Positions 13,826-28,944 of a stretch of 64,000 nt of DNA are shown piece by piece. Under the pieces are notes generated by a model. That model searched no databases and was not told where the DNA came from. It saw nothing but the letters and a program-made list of their open reading frames with translations. Origin of the DNA: the human T2T-CHM13v2.0 reference genome, Homo sapiens. The first letter of the stretch is position 1. The number at the start of each line of letters is the position of its first letter. The position numbers were made by a program, and so were the translations under genes. Location of the stretch: NCBI RefSeq assembly GCF_009914755.1, contig NC_060942.1. One strand, written 5' to 3'.

Positions 13826-14839
13826 TAGCTAAGTGTGTGTAGATACCACTTTCAAGAACATTCTAACATTAATGATCTCATAATAAATAAACATGAAGCC
13901 TCTTTTTTCATGACTGTCCCTCAATTATCGTTAGAATCTTCAAGTTTTATTGGAGTACTTGAGAGCTATGCAATGATGAAATTTTCTTTCTGCAAAGAAC
14001 GAAAAAATCATATCTTTCATCATGATAAATTACATTCCTTTAATCTTTTTCTCTGGTTTGTCTAAAATGAAATAGACATTTAGGAGGCAATGACCTTTGT
14101 GTTCAAATGGAGGTAGCATGATTACTTGACCAGCTCTGTAGAGAACTCATGTATTAGATAGAATAGATAGTCTTTAGATTATCATATAAACCTGATATCC
14201 TGTTATTATATAATTGAGGCTATAAGGTTGTCAATATCAAGCACATTCATTGCTTCCTAAAATCTGCAACCTGAAACCAAAGTCAAAATTTTAAGTCACA
14301 AAGATATCACTGATAGCACGTGGGAAATTTTCAAAGCTGTGCTAGGGGATTTAAGGAGCATTGCTTCCATTAATCTCGCTGAAAGTCTCATGACTAAATC
14401 CCTATGCATTGCTTTTAAGACTTGCTTGAAAATGTCTCAGCATACAAAGTATGAACAAGTTATTCATTATGGCTTTTACTTTACAGCATTCTGAAACTGT
14501 TTCTAAGTAATTTAGCACTAACTTTCCTCTTCTATAAAAGATCATAAAATACTTTCTACTTAAATGAAAGATTTGTTTTTGATAACAGGAGATTTTATGA
14601 AGAGTGAAAACTAGTTTTTACACTGAGCTTGACTGAAAAGGAAAATAATAATATAGTTCAGACAAACTATAATAGGTCTATTGATTTTTTTACCAGAAAA
14701 TATACAAGGTTAGGATTTTTTTATAGTTTAGAACTGATTATATATATAAGTATATATAAAATATGTATTTGTTAATTACATATAAATTATGTATTTGTTG
14801 ATTATGTGTAAAGTATTAATACACATCTTTGCTGGCTAA

Positions 14840-15975
14840 CAATTACCAGGCATTGTTCTGGGTGCTGGGAACATCAAGACTGATGTTCTTGATGAATTAC
14901 AGAGAGTAATTCATGGTCTAGTTGGGGCAATAGAAACATAAAATATCATAGACAAATGTAACAGTGGGGAGGCCTGGGAAAGCACAAGCGTTGAGGCCCA
15001 CACAGAGTCATCTATGGTTTTGAAAGACAGAGCTAGTTGGTTAGTTTAGGAAATAAAGCTAAAAACATTATAAAATCAGATTATTTAGAGGGCTTTTTAA
15101 CGGAATGATAATTTATACTTAATTTTGTAGGGACAATGTGATTAAGTCAAGAGTTGAAAGAGATAATTTGTATGGTCTCCTGAATGGAGGATTGGCAGGA
15201 GCTTAATGAAGAGGCTATTTCATAAAGTAAGAAAGAGATGATACAAATCTTAAGATAGGAGTTGGCAATGATAATACAGAGAAAGAAATGGACTGAAGAA
15301 ACTGATTGGTTGTGGGTTAGGGAGAAGGAGGAGTCAATAATAACTGAGGACTCTGGCATACTGGGTTGAGATAATAGAAATTAGAGCTTTCTGAGGTTCA
15401 TGAATAACTGCTGAGTGAATTTTTGGGCTGTAGGTTCAGACTTTGAGACATTAGCTCACAAACTATGGGGCTGACAATCTCATGTAGAGAATCTCATGTA
15501 GAGAAAAAAAAGCACAGAGAGCAAATGAAAAGGAGATTGATTGGAGAATCTTGGTGGTGGCTGAGGTTAGAAAAGCCACCAAGAAAGAAGATGGAGACAA
15601 ATGGTTAGAGAGGAAGGAAGATGGCCAGGACAGAGTATCATCATTAAAGCTACGGAGAAATGTCATCAGGGGCCCTAGGGGCAAAATGGTTCAGGAGGAT
15701 TGTCATTAATTTGGGTGACTATGAAGTCATTTGTATCCTACAGACAGCATTTTCAATAGAGTGGTGGGGACAGGAAATACAGAGGATTTAGGAGTGATTA
15801 TGAATGGAAATGATGAATGATATAAAGAGATGGAGGTAGTTAGTATAGATTTATTTTTATAGATTTTTGGAAACAGAATGAAAGGGATAACTGAAGTACT
15901 ATCTTGGAAAGGTACAAATTGAGAGAAAGATGCAAGAGACCTAATAACGTTTATGGGATACATCAGAGTCCAGTG
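14840..15975 (-). mobile_element. Degenerate L2 segments
   Basis: ccaggcattgttctgggtgctggg...tctagttgggg, followed by purine-rich antisense L2 body (gtcaataataactgaggactctggc, gcattttcaatagagtggtgggga). Confidence 0.6.
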
Positions 15976-16111
15976 GAGAGAGAAACGCCTTTAGGCAGGA
16001 AAGGACTTTGATATTTCAGTTGGTTGAAGCTTTAGGAAGTTGTTAAATATTCTCTCTCATGATATAAAGTCATGCACGGGATGATTTGGATAGTGATAAC
16101 TGCTCAGAGAG

Positions 16112-16502
16112 CTGTCTATATTCGTCAGAATAGCCTAAGTTTTACTTCAGAAAAAACACCCTATCTCCCAATCAATGTTTTAATAAGAGCGATTTCTTGT
16201 TCCACATCATGTTTGTTGTGGGAAGGCAGGGGTATTTGTAACAGTCATTCAGGGAGTAAGCGACAGAGATGCTCTTCTATAATCACCACTGTGGGAGAAA
16301 GGAGACCTCTGGAATCTCACATTGGTTCTTACAACTTTCTCGCGTGAGTGACATATGTCACTTCTGTTCACATTTCATTGGCCACACTAAGCACTAGGCA
16401 GCCACCTGACTCCAAGTGGTCATAGAACATAGAAGGGAAACTCTATCAGGTGTCTGGAAGGAGAACCAGATATTTTGCGAACATTTGTAACAATTACAAC
16501 AT
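16112..16502 (-). mobile_element. Old MaLR solo LTR (MLT1 family)
   Basis: gtgacatatgtcacttctgttcacatttcattggcca and ctggaaggagaaccagatatttt, typical of old MLT1 LTRs. Confidence 0.7.
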
Positions 16503-16769
16503 TACCTTAAAAGCTTAAAAGGAATATAGAGTTCAGAGGATGGGTGAGGGAGCAAATGGCTTGAATTAATTACATTGTCCAATGCTAGTATGCTTCTTGA
16601 AATGCATATAATATTGAAATCATCACATAGGAACACCTGTGAAAGGGAGTTTATAATTGTTTTTGAATAATTCTAATAAATTGAGACCATTAGCCTTCTC
16701 TGATGTATTAATTATGATTAGTTTCATCTTCATGTGATGGGAAAAAAGAATATGACAGAAAAAAATAAT

Positions 16770-17110
16770 ATGACAGTGGCTGAAATAACATCCAATTAAA
16801 TTTTCTCTTGTAATAATCTGAATAAGAGGTTCACAGCCTTCGTTATCATCAAAAACCAAGTTTCTTCTATCTCATTTCTCCATCATCTTCAATGTTTGAC
16901 TTGCATTTTGTGGTCCAAGATGGTGTTCTAGCTCTAGTCATATCATCTGTATACCAGTCAGCAGGACACTTTCTGTAAGTTTTGCCAGCACTTCTGGATG
17001 TTACATTGGCCAGAACTTAGATACACACAGTGAAGGCTGATCTACCTGGTCTTTATTCTGGGAACAAATATGCTCAACTAACATTTAGAGGTTCCATATC
17101 TGAGTAAGAA
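16770..17110 (-). mobile_element. MLT1J-like MaLR LTR fragment
   Basis: ggtccaagatgg...cattggccagaacttag...gtctttattctggg...gaggttccatat. Confidence 0.65.
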
Positions 17111-18095
17111 GTCATCACATGACTACCCATTTTAAATACTTCTGCATCTCTGTGTAGAAGATCCTTGATTTGGGGTTGGGGTTTCATTTTATTTTCAGCA
17201 ATTCTTAGCATGGAGAGAAATCAGGGAGTCCATGCTCCACATCAGAAATGTAATGACTCCCTCAGAACATATACATTTTTGGAACTAGAATAGCCTCTTA
17301 TTTGGAGAGAAGCAGCATTTTGAGAGACGACGAACGTCAGTATTGGTTTTGGTGCAAGGATAAAATACGTTTTTCCTCTTGCATTTTGTAGCAGCTTGCT
17401 AGCCTCATCTAATTCACAGGTCATGGTGGGATGCAATAGCAAGCTTGAAAAGCTATGACCGGTATTTTTGATTGACTATGATTTTAACTAACAGGGTCCT
17501 ATACAGAACTGGGCTCCACATGGAGCTCTTTCTATAGAGCTCAAACAAAATAGTGAGTTTTAGAGAGTGATGAAGTTTCTTCATTTTTACTTTACTCCCA
17601 TTATGGGAGCTATAAGATGGAACAGAGTTTGCTGCCAAAAGAGAGAAGAGATAAAGTGCTGTGGAACTTCAAAAGCAGGAGAGGTTCGCAGCTGCATTTG
17701 ACCCAGCGTTAGGCCTGGTGCAGATTTCAGGAAACAGTAAAGATCTTTTACTTTATACTTTTGTTTTTCATGTGTTCCTTGTTTGAGCCTTTCAGCTTCA
17801 TACACCAGATGTTGAATTTAATATTATTATTGGTAGTAGTAATTCAAATCTGAATTGTAGGAGAATGTATTATTCAAATTGTAGATGAGACAACCCTGGC
17901 CAAACATGCATGAATTAAACATCCACTAGTCCAGGGTGTGATGAAGCTCTGAATCAGGGAAAGTAAAAAGATGGTTAGGAAACCGTGATGACTGAGACTA
18001 CTAAGAATTTAGGATGCCCCTTCTGTTGTTTTGTACTTTAAGAGAGGATAACAATGGCAAAACAGAAAGAAATATCTAAAATTGAAGTTTTTCTA

Positions 18096-18536
<441 letters not shown>

Positions 18537-20049
18537 TCAGTTCACTTCCTTCTATCATCTTTAAGTATCATCTACTATTACCAGTCCCTCTTGTCTATTC
18601 AATAAAATTTATTTTCCTCTAATGTTTGTTCAAATTTTCACTGCTATGGATTGTATAATAAAACTCAATACTGTTGTGTTTTTTCTTTTGTATTCTTGAC
18701 CAACTCAATTCCTTTTACACATTTTATGGGCTTCTATCAACAAGTTTATCTGAATGTTAGATAGCCATTTTTTTCTGACAAAAAAGAAATAAAGAAAAAG
18801 CCTACAACTTTACTCTGAATGTGATGCACTACCATTTATTTTTGTCATTAAAAAATTATGTGATACTGTCTATATTACAAAGAAACGGCTGCAAGTAAGA
18901 TTTTATAGAATGCCAGACCATCTTTTAAAGTTTAAGAACATATCACCTTGGCATATTTATTTATCCACAGCTTATGTTGTTTTCATTTTAAGCAGATATG
19001 CATTAATAAAAGATTACTATTGTTTATGCCATATCATATCTTTTTCCTTTATATAGAAGAGAATCAAAGGAACGTTTTATTTTAGATAGCTGTTAGTAGA
19101 GAAATAACAAATCAGTCATTTTACAATATCAGTTTTTAAGCAATCTCTTGACAAGACATTTTGTACCAAAATTGATAGCACATTGTGGATAGTAGATTAC
19201 AATCTCCAGTGAAGGAAGTAAGAATAAAAAGTCAATCAATCCTCAGAGGATACTACATTGTAGGATAATATCAACCACCCTATTCTGCACACACATTTTC
19301 AGCAACTTGACTTAAGGAATATGATTGATTTAGGTGCATCTACCTGTTAACAACAGGATGGCACAGCAAACTCCCCAGCTGACTGTGGAAGGAAATATTA
19401 ACAACCGGACAGAGAGTAGATGAAGCATTTTGTTCAGTTACGGGAACGAAATATGACATGTCCCTGATAAAATTGTGCTCTATGTGTTTATGTGTAGGTC
19501 TGAGTTTAAATGTTGTGATTGGCATTTTTCAAAAATCTCAAAAAAGGTAATAGAGAGCAAAATGTCAAAAAGGCCATAAACTGTATGATACAGTTACTTT
19601 GTTATCAATATTTCCATAGATTTTGTTTGAGCAGGAGAATTACTCGTTCTTAGTAAGAATGAACTAAATCTCATCTTGCCTTTGCTCTTTCTTTTGAATT
19701 AATTGGTTTTGGCTTGCCAGAATCACAGTGCAGATCATAAAGAATGGAAGGGCTTGGCATGTACCGTGTTTTCTCCACTGCATTAATCAAACTGTAAATG
19801 AGATTTTTGTCAATAAAATAAAACATGCTGCCCAGAGCACACACAGAAAAGCACTAGAGAGATTCAAATGCTTAGTAACATGAGGAATGCAAACCTAACT
19901 CAAAGCTTCTTCCATAAATCAATTCAAATAAAGTACACTATGTATTCCTTGTTGGTCTATTCCCATACACCATTTAAAAAATTCTCAGGCATGCCAAAAC
20001 ATAAAATAAAAATACATAAATTTCAAGACCTTCACATGCTTACTGAGTT

Positions 20050-22203
20050 GACACTCTCCAACACTGTCCTCGGCAGCTTCCATCGTATACCTATGTAGAT
20101 TATCTTTCCAGTATCCTGGGCTCTCAATATTTTGGCCTCCTTTTCTGTTATGATCTTGTCCAACAACCTCCTTCAGCCTCTCCCACTCATGAGCACACCC
20201 TAGATCTTGCCATTGACAGTAACTTTGAGTCCTCCGTAATTTCGATTTCAAGTATCCCACACTCACACAACCATCTCCTCTTTTTCCAGCTCACTTCCAC
20301 TAGTGCTTGTACTTTAACAATCTTTCTTCTAACATTGGAACTTAAAATACATTGATTCCCACTTACCTTCACCCTCCTCATGTCCTCATTCCTCTCTTCC
20401 CAGTTTAAATTTCATGATCAGTCATGATCACTTTCTTGCATGTATATTTGGTTCTTTTGGCCTTCTCTCATTTCCTCATAATGCTGATCAGCAAAGCTTT
20501 ACCTCAATCCTGGTTAAATCCCACTCTCTGCTTACTCTGTGCTTACCTGCCACTGCTCATTGTGTCTGTAGAAAAAGATACACCTTGGCTGACTAATCCC
20601 ACTTAAAATTCTTGATCGCTAGCAGAGGTGGACTTGTAGAATCAGAAACACACCATACGTCCCTCATCCAGTCCCTCTTCCTTCTTTCTTTTTCCTAGGT
20701 GACAACTGCACACCTTTTCATCTCCTCAAATCCCAAACAGCTTTTCCTTTCCTGTTCAACTAATAGCATTTCTTACTTCGCTAAGAAAATAGTGTCCTAT
20801 CAACATTCTACCCCTTGCTATTGCTAAATCTGGTGGTCATTTTTCAGTTGATCTGCTTAATTGCTTTCTTCTTGAAAAACATTCTTCACTTGGCTTCCAA
20901 GACACCACATTCCTCTCATTTTCTTTTGGCCTCAACTGACCACTCCTTAGCTTCCCTGATGGGTAACTCTTCACTTCCCAGTCTCTTACCATTGGAATGA
21001 CCAAGGCTCAGTACACAGACTTCTTTTCTTTTCTGCATTCATTCATTCCTTTGTGAATGTGGATGTCATCAATCTTATGCCTATAAACTCTAATTTATGC
21101 TGAACTTATGAGTTCTATATTTAGTGTAGCCTGATGTTTCTCAAAACTTCAGGCTTTATAGGCATTATATCCACTCACTTACTTGGATTTTTCCTTTGAA
21201 TATATGACAAGAATGCCAATAGTAACTTCTTCAAAACCAAACACTTGATCTACACACTCCTCTCCCCTCAACCAAACAGGCATGTTCTTGCCTATTTGAT
21301 TCCTATTTTAGTTAATGGCAATGCCATCTTTCTAGTTTTCCATGCCAATAGTGTTGTAGTCATCTTGGAGTGTTCTTTTGCTGACACATCCCAGATCCAA
21401 TCTGTCTGCAAATACTTACAATTCTACCTTCAAAATATATCCAGAAAGTAATCCCTTACCCCTATTGCCACTGGCTCTCTCTTGGCCCACTCTGTTCTCA
21501 TATCTCACCTATGTTATTGTAGTAACATTCTAATTACAACTTTGCCACCCCTACCCCCAGTCTATACTCACCAAGCAGCCAGAGAATACTTTTGAAGTCA
21601 TAATGTGTTGTTCCCCCTGTCGAACCCCAGAATGCCTTCCTAATTTATTGAAGTTAAAAGCCAAAAATGTTATAATGCCTGATAAAGCCTCAATCCAACA
21701 TGCTTCCCATTTGCTCCCTGACTCATCTGCCACCTCTCTTCCTCTTGCCTAGTCTACTCCAGCCACACCAGCTGCCTTGCTATTCTTGTAACAAGCAGTA
21801 ATGTGCCTGCCTTGTGGTCTTCACAGCCCCTTCCTGTCCCTTCTGCCTAGAAAGGGCCCATGCTGTCACCTCTTACAGATCTTTCCTCGAAGATCATCTC
21901 TCAATGACACTCACCCTGAGAAAATTGGAAACTTCTTCCAACACTTGACTTCCTATCCTTCTCTATTTTTCTCCAAAACACTTACTACTTCTAACATATG
22001 TACATACATGCACACACAAAATAAATTTATTTATATATTTATATATTCTTAGTGCCCCCCATTGCAATGCAAATTCAAAGAGAATTGAGATTTTCTTTTT
22101 CGTGTGTTCGGTTGATTTCACTGCTCTATCCCTAGGACCTACAGTAAGAGCTGGTTTATAGCAGATGCTTAAAACTCTATTGTTGATTGAATTAATTAAT
22201 TAA
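20050..22203 (+). mobile_element. Long L2 (L2a-like) remnant with 3' end
   Basis: Pyrimidine-rich L2 body (cttcacttggcttccaagacaccacattc, ttctaccttcaaaatatatccaga, ctactccagccacacc) ending ...tattgttgattgaattaattaa. Confidence 0.8.
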
Positions 22204-22297
22204 AAACTTTCATGTTAAAGTATGTTTGCATGTGATCTAGAAAAAAATGAGAGTTTACATATTATAGCCCTTCTAGAATAAAGGAAATTTGACAGTA

Positions 22298-22591
22298 TTT
22301 TTTTTTTTTTGAGACAGAGTTTCACGCTTGTTGCCCAGGTTGGAGTGCAATAGCACAATCTCCACTCACTGCAACTACGCCTCCCAGGTTCAAGCAATTC
22401 TCCTGCCTCAGCCTCCTGAGTAGCTGGGATTACAGGCGTGCGCCACCACACCTGGCTAATTTTTGGGTTTTTAGTAGAGACAGGGTTTTGCCATGTTGGT
22501 CAGGCTGATCTCGAACTCCTGACCTCAGATGATCCACCCGCCTTGGCCTCCCAAAGTGCTGGGATTATGGGGTGGGCCACTGCGCCCGGCC
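22298..22591 (-). mobile_element. AluSp/Sq-type SINE
   Basis: cttgttgcccagg, gtgcaat and ttggtcaggctg diagnostics. TSD TGACAGTATTT (22290-22300 and 22592-22602). Confidence 0.95.
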
Positions 22592-24434
22592 TGACAGTAT
22601 TTATCTAGGTCTATGGCACCTAAATATCAAGACCCATGTCAAAATTTTTGGGCCAGCTTGTTGTTGAAGGTAAGGAGTAACTTCTGGGGTGCCCATATCT
22701 TTATAAAGATAAAATTCTATGCTCTATTCATGTCACTTTCTTTGCTGTGTTTGATTCTTGCTTTGCAACATTTTTATAGAGAAATGTTTTGGGTCAGAAG
22801 CCTGCTAACAAATAACATCTCTTTAGTTGAACTTCTTTGCCTTCACTAAGGAAAAGTTAAATGTCCAAGTTCAGGCTATTGGCAGCTCTGGGCTTAGGAT
22901 TCAGGACCCTTCACTGTTTGTTTCTAGATTCTCTGATTAAACTACTACCCCTATCAAATTTAAGGAAAAGTTAGACACATTCAGTGGGGGACTCTACAGG
23001 CAGATACAGAAAATCTATTCTTAGCGATGTGATTAGGTGATGATGGTATGTCCCTATCTGGGGGTGGGAGAATAGCATCATTCTGACACACCAACTCACA
23101 GATCAGCAGTAACAGACTAAGGCTCTTTTTCATTCACAAACTAAATGGAACTTATGAAAAATGGTGATTATATTTTTAAAAATCATTTGTCTTGCTGGGA
23201 CACTTTTCTTATAATTTGCTCTTCTCTTGTTCACAGAATTTTCCTCATGAGCCTAGTTATTCTCCTTGTCTTTACTTCTGGAAGGCTCCCGTTTGTGTGC
23301 ATATTAACACAGCATCACCCTCTGTTCTCCAGAGCAATTGTCTCTCTTCTATTTTTTATCTTGAAAGTCCTGGTTCCTGGGGCACTATTTACTGGAGGGC
23401 TTCAAGTATCGCAGACTCACTTTCAGATATATAAATAATGTTCTCTTGAATATTTATTTTTTCCAAATGGCATTGTTCCTTATATTGCTGTACACTTATG
23501 GAAAAAATCCTGAGATACTTAGATTTATTATTTCCAGACTATAAAAATGGAGAGAACCTTTCTAATGCTCCATCAGAGCTTTGTTAGCCACTATCATTTG
23601 ATTGCTAACTGACCATTATATTCTGTTTTGCCTTCAGCTCCTAGAGCTATTGAATTCTGCATTAGGCCTCCACCTTTATTCTAGAAAGGATACCTACCTT
23701 GTACTACCGCTACTGAACTGTCTACATTTCCTTATTCTTCCTTCTCTGTTACAAGTAATTTAGGACACTCATCTTTGTATTAATCAAAATTGCTACCAAG
23801 TAGACTTTCTGGAGGACAAAGCCTGTGTCAGCTGTAGCAACAATCTACTTTCTCATGGGGTGCCCACCTAGGGATGTGATACTTTGGAGCCTTCCACATT
23901 ACACAACTTCGTGTATTTTATGCAGGATAGAAGAAAGTCATAATTTCAGAAATACCAATTTTAAAACTTCCATTGGGAAAATTCACCAGGATTATTTAAT
24001 TCCATACCCCATCACCCTTTAGCACCCTAATGCTCAGGACTTCTTTTCTATCCTGGGTCTTATCCGCAGTGTTCTGACCAGCTGTTGGAACTTCCTGCTT
24101 GGTATTTTCATGGCCCCTGTAGCTAACAGTGATATTTTACCTGTCTGCTTTCTTCACTTTTTCCATTTAAATAAACCTCCATGAATTTTAAAATTCACTC
24201 GCTTATAAAGACCTTTTCACCTTCTAAGGTGAAAATTAGCTCATTTGTCATAAAATAACTCCTTTGTGTTAAAAGAAGAAAGCACAGGACATAGATCCAT
24301 TCACCTAGGGTCCCGAAGGCCTGCTTTAGTAATGAGTACATTTTACCAGAGAGATGTTTTAGCCATAATGCCCAACTTTTGTTGTCAAAACTAAAAGTAT
24401 AACTAATAGTGCAAATAATTTCTAACATGTAATA

Positions 24435-24750
24435 ATAATTTTAACATTTAGCACTTTCTAACTGACAAGCTCTCAGTGAAACACTTTATATTCATTTTCT
24501 TTTTTAATTTTCACAATTACTCTGGAGGGGTAACCACCATTGTAAACCTCATTTTACTAACACAAACTGAGATTAGCATGATTAAATAACTTGCCCAAGG
24601 TCACGTGGCAAGTTTGACATGACATATCTTTTAATCCTCACAATTACCCAGTTGGCTGGTGCAGAGAATTTAAATAATTTTCCATGTGTCACAAAACCAA
24701 TAAGTAGCAGATTTAGCATTCAAAGTCAATTTTCTGAATTAAGAGTCTTT
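24435..24750 (-). mobile_element. Two adjacent MIR fragments
   Basis: aaactgag...ttaaataacttgcccaaggtcac core, then a second tttaatcctcacaattaccc...agtagcagatttagcattcaaa segment. Confidence 0.65.
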
Positions 24751-24843
24751 AGATTCTTCTAGATATCAACATCTTTATTACATCCTACTAACCTTGTAGA
24801 CAGTTGTAAGGCTCTTTGAAATCTGTTGAAAAGATGAGAAAGC

Positions 24844-25345
24844 TGTGTCAGTTATCTCATGCCACAATAATGCCATGTCACACTCAACCACAAACTTCAG
24901 GGAAACACACAACAAATGTTTATTTGCCTCATGAGTCTGAGATGTTTATGTGATCTGGCCTGGGTTGGCCAACTTCTCTGGAGTAAGCTGTGGCTCATCT
25001 AGGCAGTTATGCTTGTTCTGGCTGTACTAGCTCATGAGTCTCAAGGTTGGCTGGCTGCTGGCAAATAGAAATAGTCTCAGCTGGAATGCCTGTAGTGACT
25101 TGGCTCTGTCCCATGTGTCTCTCTCATTATCCGGCAGGCTGGCTGAGGAACGTTCTCATGGAAATCTTAGAGGAGCAGAAAAGCCCAGTCATGCAAGTAC
25201 TTTTCAACACTTGGCTTGTGTTGCATTTGCTAAAATCCTGTTGGCCAAATCAAGTCACATAACTAACTCAGAGTTAGAGTACCAGGCTCCTACAATGTTT
25301 ATGGGGAAGGTCGTGGGTACATAGACGGGGAGGAATTGAGTCTTT
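24844..25345 (-). mobile_element. MLT1G/H-like MaLR solo LTR
   Basis: tgtgtcagttatc...cttggctctgtcccatgtgtctctc...ttggccaaatcaagtcacat. Confidence 0.75.
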
Positions 25346-26765
25346 TTTTTTTTTTTTTTTTTTAAAGAAAATTACTACAAGGGTCTAACAAATTTTTAGC
25401 AGAAACAGAAAAGGAACTAGGTAAACTTTAGCGTTCACTCCTCAAGCTGTCTACACTCTAAAAAAATGCAACATTGTATTTGCTATGTCATCATTGATTT
25501 AATGTATTGCCTTATGGATCCAGGCTGCAGGGGCCAACATTTGCTAAAAATTGAACACGTGATCTTTGGTGACATATTTGTGCTCTTAATTATAACCATA
25601 AAACATGCTTCAAATTTGTATAGAATAGTGCCAAAGCAATGCTGCCTGAATTTATAATTCTCTTTCACATAGTGTGTTGGCCCAACTCATCCAGTGCCTA
25701 GTGGTTTTGTGGTTTAGAAGTTTGTTTTCTGGAATTTGATGCAGCTGTTCTCTCCGAGTGACGATCCTTGGGGAAAGGTGGGTAAACACATAAAGCTTCC
25801 GAAAGCCATCCCAGATCTCTCAAAGGCAGCCCTCAGCTTAATGTCTGGGTCAGAAGTATAACAAAGTTAGTCTTGGTAATTGTTCATGTGTTTTCAAAGA
25901 GACTCATCATCAACACTCACAACCTGGTTTCAATCCAATAGAGCTTTATGAGGCTAAATTCTAAACAGCATCAAAATACATAAGAGTAAAAAGCTCAGCC
26001 TGGAGAACTGATACTTACAACTGGTTATACATAAGGTATTTGTAAGACCAATTAACAGTGTTTTATTTCTTTGATTCACCAAAACACAAACACATTGAAA
26101 ACCACTCAATATTTTTCCTTAATTCACAAACACATAACAGTAAGCAAGCACATACAGATTAAGTGCTCTGAAGTTATATGAAAGACCTGGCCCTGCTGTG
26201 CAAATCACTCTCAAAATTGTTAGTTCTAAAACACTTTCATTTCCCTGCAATCATCCTATAGATTGTATTCCTATTTGTCATACCTTTTTTTGCATTTTTC
26301 TTTCTACTTATCTCTTCTTTCCTCTACATTGCTACTACACTTAAAGATCTTCAGGATTCTATCCTGGATTCCTTTAGTTACCACTAAAAAAGCTCCCCCT
26401 TGAAAAATCTCTGTCACTCTTCTGAGTTTAAATAGTGTCTATAGTTTGGCAACTCTTAAATTTGTATCAGCGACTGAGTGACATAGCAAGAGTGAGAAAA
26501 AAGAGGAACCAGTCCCCAATGTAGGTGACAAAGAGATGCTAACTTGTAGATAATATAAAATAATAACAAAGCAAACTAAAAGTCAGTCTTCTCATTATCA
26601 CCATTTGCTGAAAATTTTTAGCAATCTCAGTGATAAAACACTCTTCTCTGTGTGGGGAGGGAGATCTTGTTGCATTAAGTTCTAAGCAATTCCTATGGCT
26701 ATTGTTGAGTTTCAACAATATATACATGTAAGCTTTAAATTAGTACCTTTTAATTTCATACCGCT

Positions 26766-26845
26766 TGTACAGGAGTCTCCAGGGACACAGAAACAATCAA
26801 ATACAGATATATAAAGAGATTTGTTGCAGGAATTGGCTCATGTTC
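26766..26845 (-). mobile_element. MLT2 (ERVL LTR) terminal fragment
   Basis: tctccagggacacagaaacaat...aaagagatttgttgcaggaattggctcatg. Confidence 0.6.
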
Positions 26846-26854
26846 TCAAATCTC

Positions 26855-27805
26855 CTCAAATGAATCTATGAGTTCAAAGCAATACAATTTCAACTCTTAA
26901 CAGAATTTTGTTTCCTAATAAAGTGATGCTTAAGTGCCTTTGTAATATAAGCTAAGAAAATAGCCATTACATATTTGAAAAAATACAATTATGAAAGATA
27001 TGTTTCTATCAGATATCAACTTACATTATAAAGCTACTGTAATTTTAAAAACTTATTTTGTTGGCATAGAAATAATCAAATTGATCAGTGGAACATACTG
27101 AAGACTCTGGGAAGAAACTTCATAGATATGTGGAAATTTATTGTAAGGTTAAGTGAGTACTTCAAATCAGGTGTCAAAGTAATGTATATGTGACACCACT
27201 AGGGTCTTAGCTTATGTCCTCTTCTCCTGACCTCTGATTGCAGCCCTGCTCTGGTACACAGATCTGCACAGGTTTTGACCTCCTTGCTTTTAGCTCCTCA
27301 TCACAAGTGTGATTTGAGTATCTCTTGCTTCCTGCCCTGGGGTTTCTCTGATAATCCCATGAGTCCACTTGACCCCGATACATGTCACGTGAAGAGGTAT
27401 GGGAACTAATGGATTAACATCCCTCTCTTTTGTGTCTCAGATGAATGGTTCTGAGCCACATGTCGTAAGGCATCACAGAATGTCCCTCACTGGGTAACTA
27501 GTCAGCTGAAGTGGTGGCATGTTAGATAATGCTTGAATTGGCTTTCAGTCCTTGTTTGATGCCTGTCACTCACTCCTGCCACCTGAGAACACATTCTTAA
27601 GAAAATGTATGACCTCTGTCCCAGGTTTGCTTTTGGGAAGAACCCATGTAAGTCAGGTAGACTACGCAATGAATGATGCTGACAAATTGCCTGTGCAATT
27701 GTGAAAAGAGTAAATGTATCTCTACACATAAACAAATTCTGCAAAAGTTAAAAAGTTAACTGTAACAATAAAAACAAAGAAAATATGAAAATATTTGAAA
27801 ATGCC
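26855..27805 (+). mobile_element. Very old L1M ORF2 fragment split by an LTR (26855-27180 and 27660-27805)
   Basis: tcagatatcaacttacattataaagctactgtaatt...gatcagtggaaca, resuming as caatgaatgatgctg...aaagttaactgtaa. Confidence 0.6.
27190..27657 (+). mobile_element. LTR16-like ERVL solo LTR
   Basis: cttcctgccctggggtttctctga and 3' end ggtttgcttttgggaagaacccatgtaagtca. Confidence 0.6.
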
Positions 27806-28944
27806 ACCAAAGCAGAGGCTCTCTCTTTCACATCAGCTTTTGTCTGTATTTTTTTCAGGTTCTCTTTGCTCTGCTTTGTCGATGTTATTACATTTGCTTA
27901 TTGTCCAGACATTCATCAAAATATCATGTTTGCTAAAGGCTCACTCTCATTTCCAGTGTTGTTACACATTTATTCTCTTCTACACATCCTTCTTGTATTA
28001 CAATTGGATTTGGGGTAGATAGTGGAAATAAATGCTTGTATTTAATCTATCTGAATCTATACTATTTTCAATTTTGCATTAGTTATATCTGTAGGTAACT
28101 GCAGAGAGCAGTATTAAAAACCTGATTTAGAGTCTCTGACAAGTAGAATTGTATCCAACTATGAAGATTTCTACTCAGTAATTAAGCTATTCTCTATTGT
28201 CCTCTTGAGACAAAAATGTCACCTGATGTTGCACTGTCTTTCTCCCAGCATTTTAGGGTGGGAAGCTACTAAGAAATCATTTAGTCCCTAGATGTCCAAG
28301 GTATGGTTTGTTGATCAAATTAGCCTATGCATCCTTGTTGTGGCTCCTCAGGGAATCTTTCCATTTAAGAAGATTACACAAATTACCATTCATGTGCTAG
28401 TAGGCTAGCAGTTTCTATCTACCTATATTGACCATTAAAAATTACCTGTCGGCAGGTTGAATTAAATAGTAAGTGGTAATTATTGTGTGGTTTAATTTAA
28501 TTTAATGAAATGTTATAAAGAATTTATGAACAAATAAATTAGGCATGCAAAAATCTCCATATGCATTTCACTGATGTTTAATTGCATATAATATGTCCAC
28601 GCTAAGCATACATTTCCAGCCTCATCATTGTATAAGTTAATATGGTCTACATTCACATAGATATTTGTTTAAGTGGCTCACCTTTAAACATTTTATATTT
28701 CTAATTATCAAAACCTTCATTTAAACTATATCAACATTGTGACCATGAGAGTGAAAGATTTTCCTTAGATTTCACTTGAAGACCTGTTCTAAAGTCCTCA
28801 TTTTCTAATTCAGAAAAAAAAAATCAGAAAACTCTACTTATGGGCTTTATTTACCCAGACATAGAATTTTTAGCATGAAGTGTATGGTGTTTAATTAAAT
28901 AGAAAAAGGCATGGAACAATTGAGGCTTACATTATTTTTTAAAA

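Noticed and set aside
17495-17552. Possible 58-nt exon (ctaacag| ... |gtgagt)
   Set aside because: Weak polypyrimidine tract, no recognisable coding content or partner exons; such matches are frequent by chance.
23030-23090. C/D-box-like motifs gtgatga...ctga
   Set aside because: Only about 50 nt, with no convincing terminal stem or recognisable rRNA guide.
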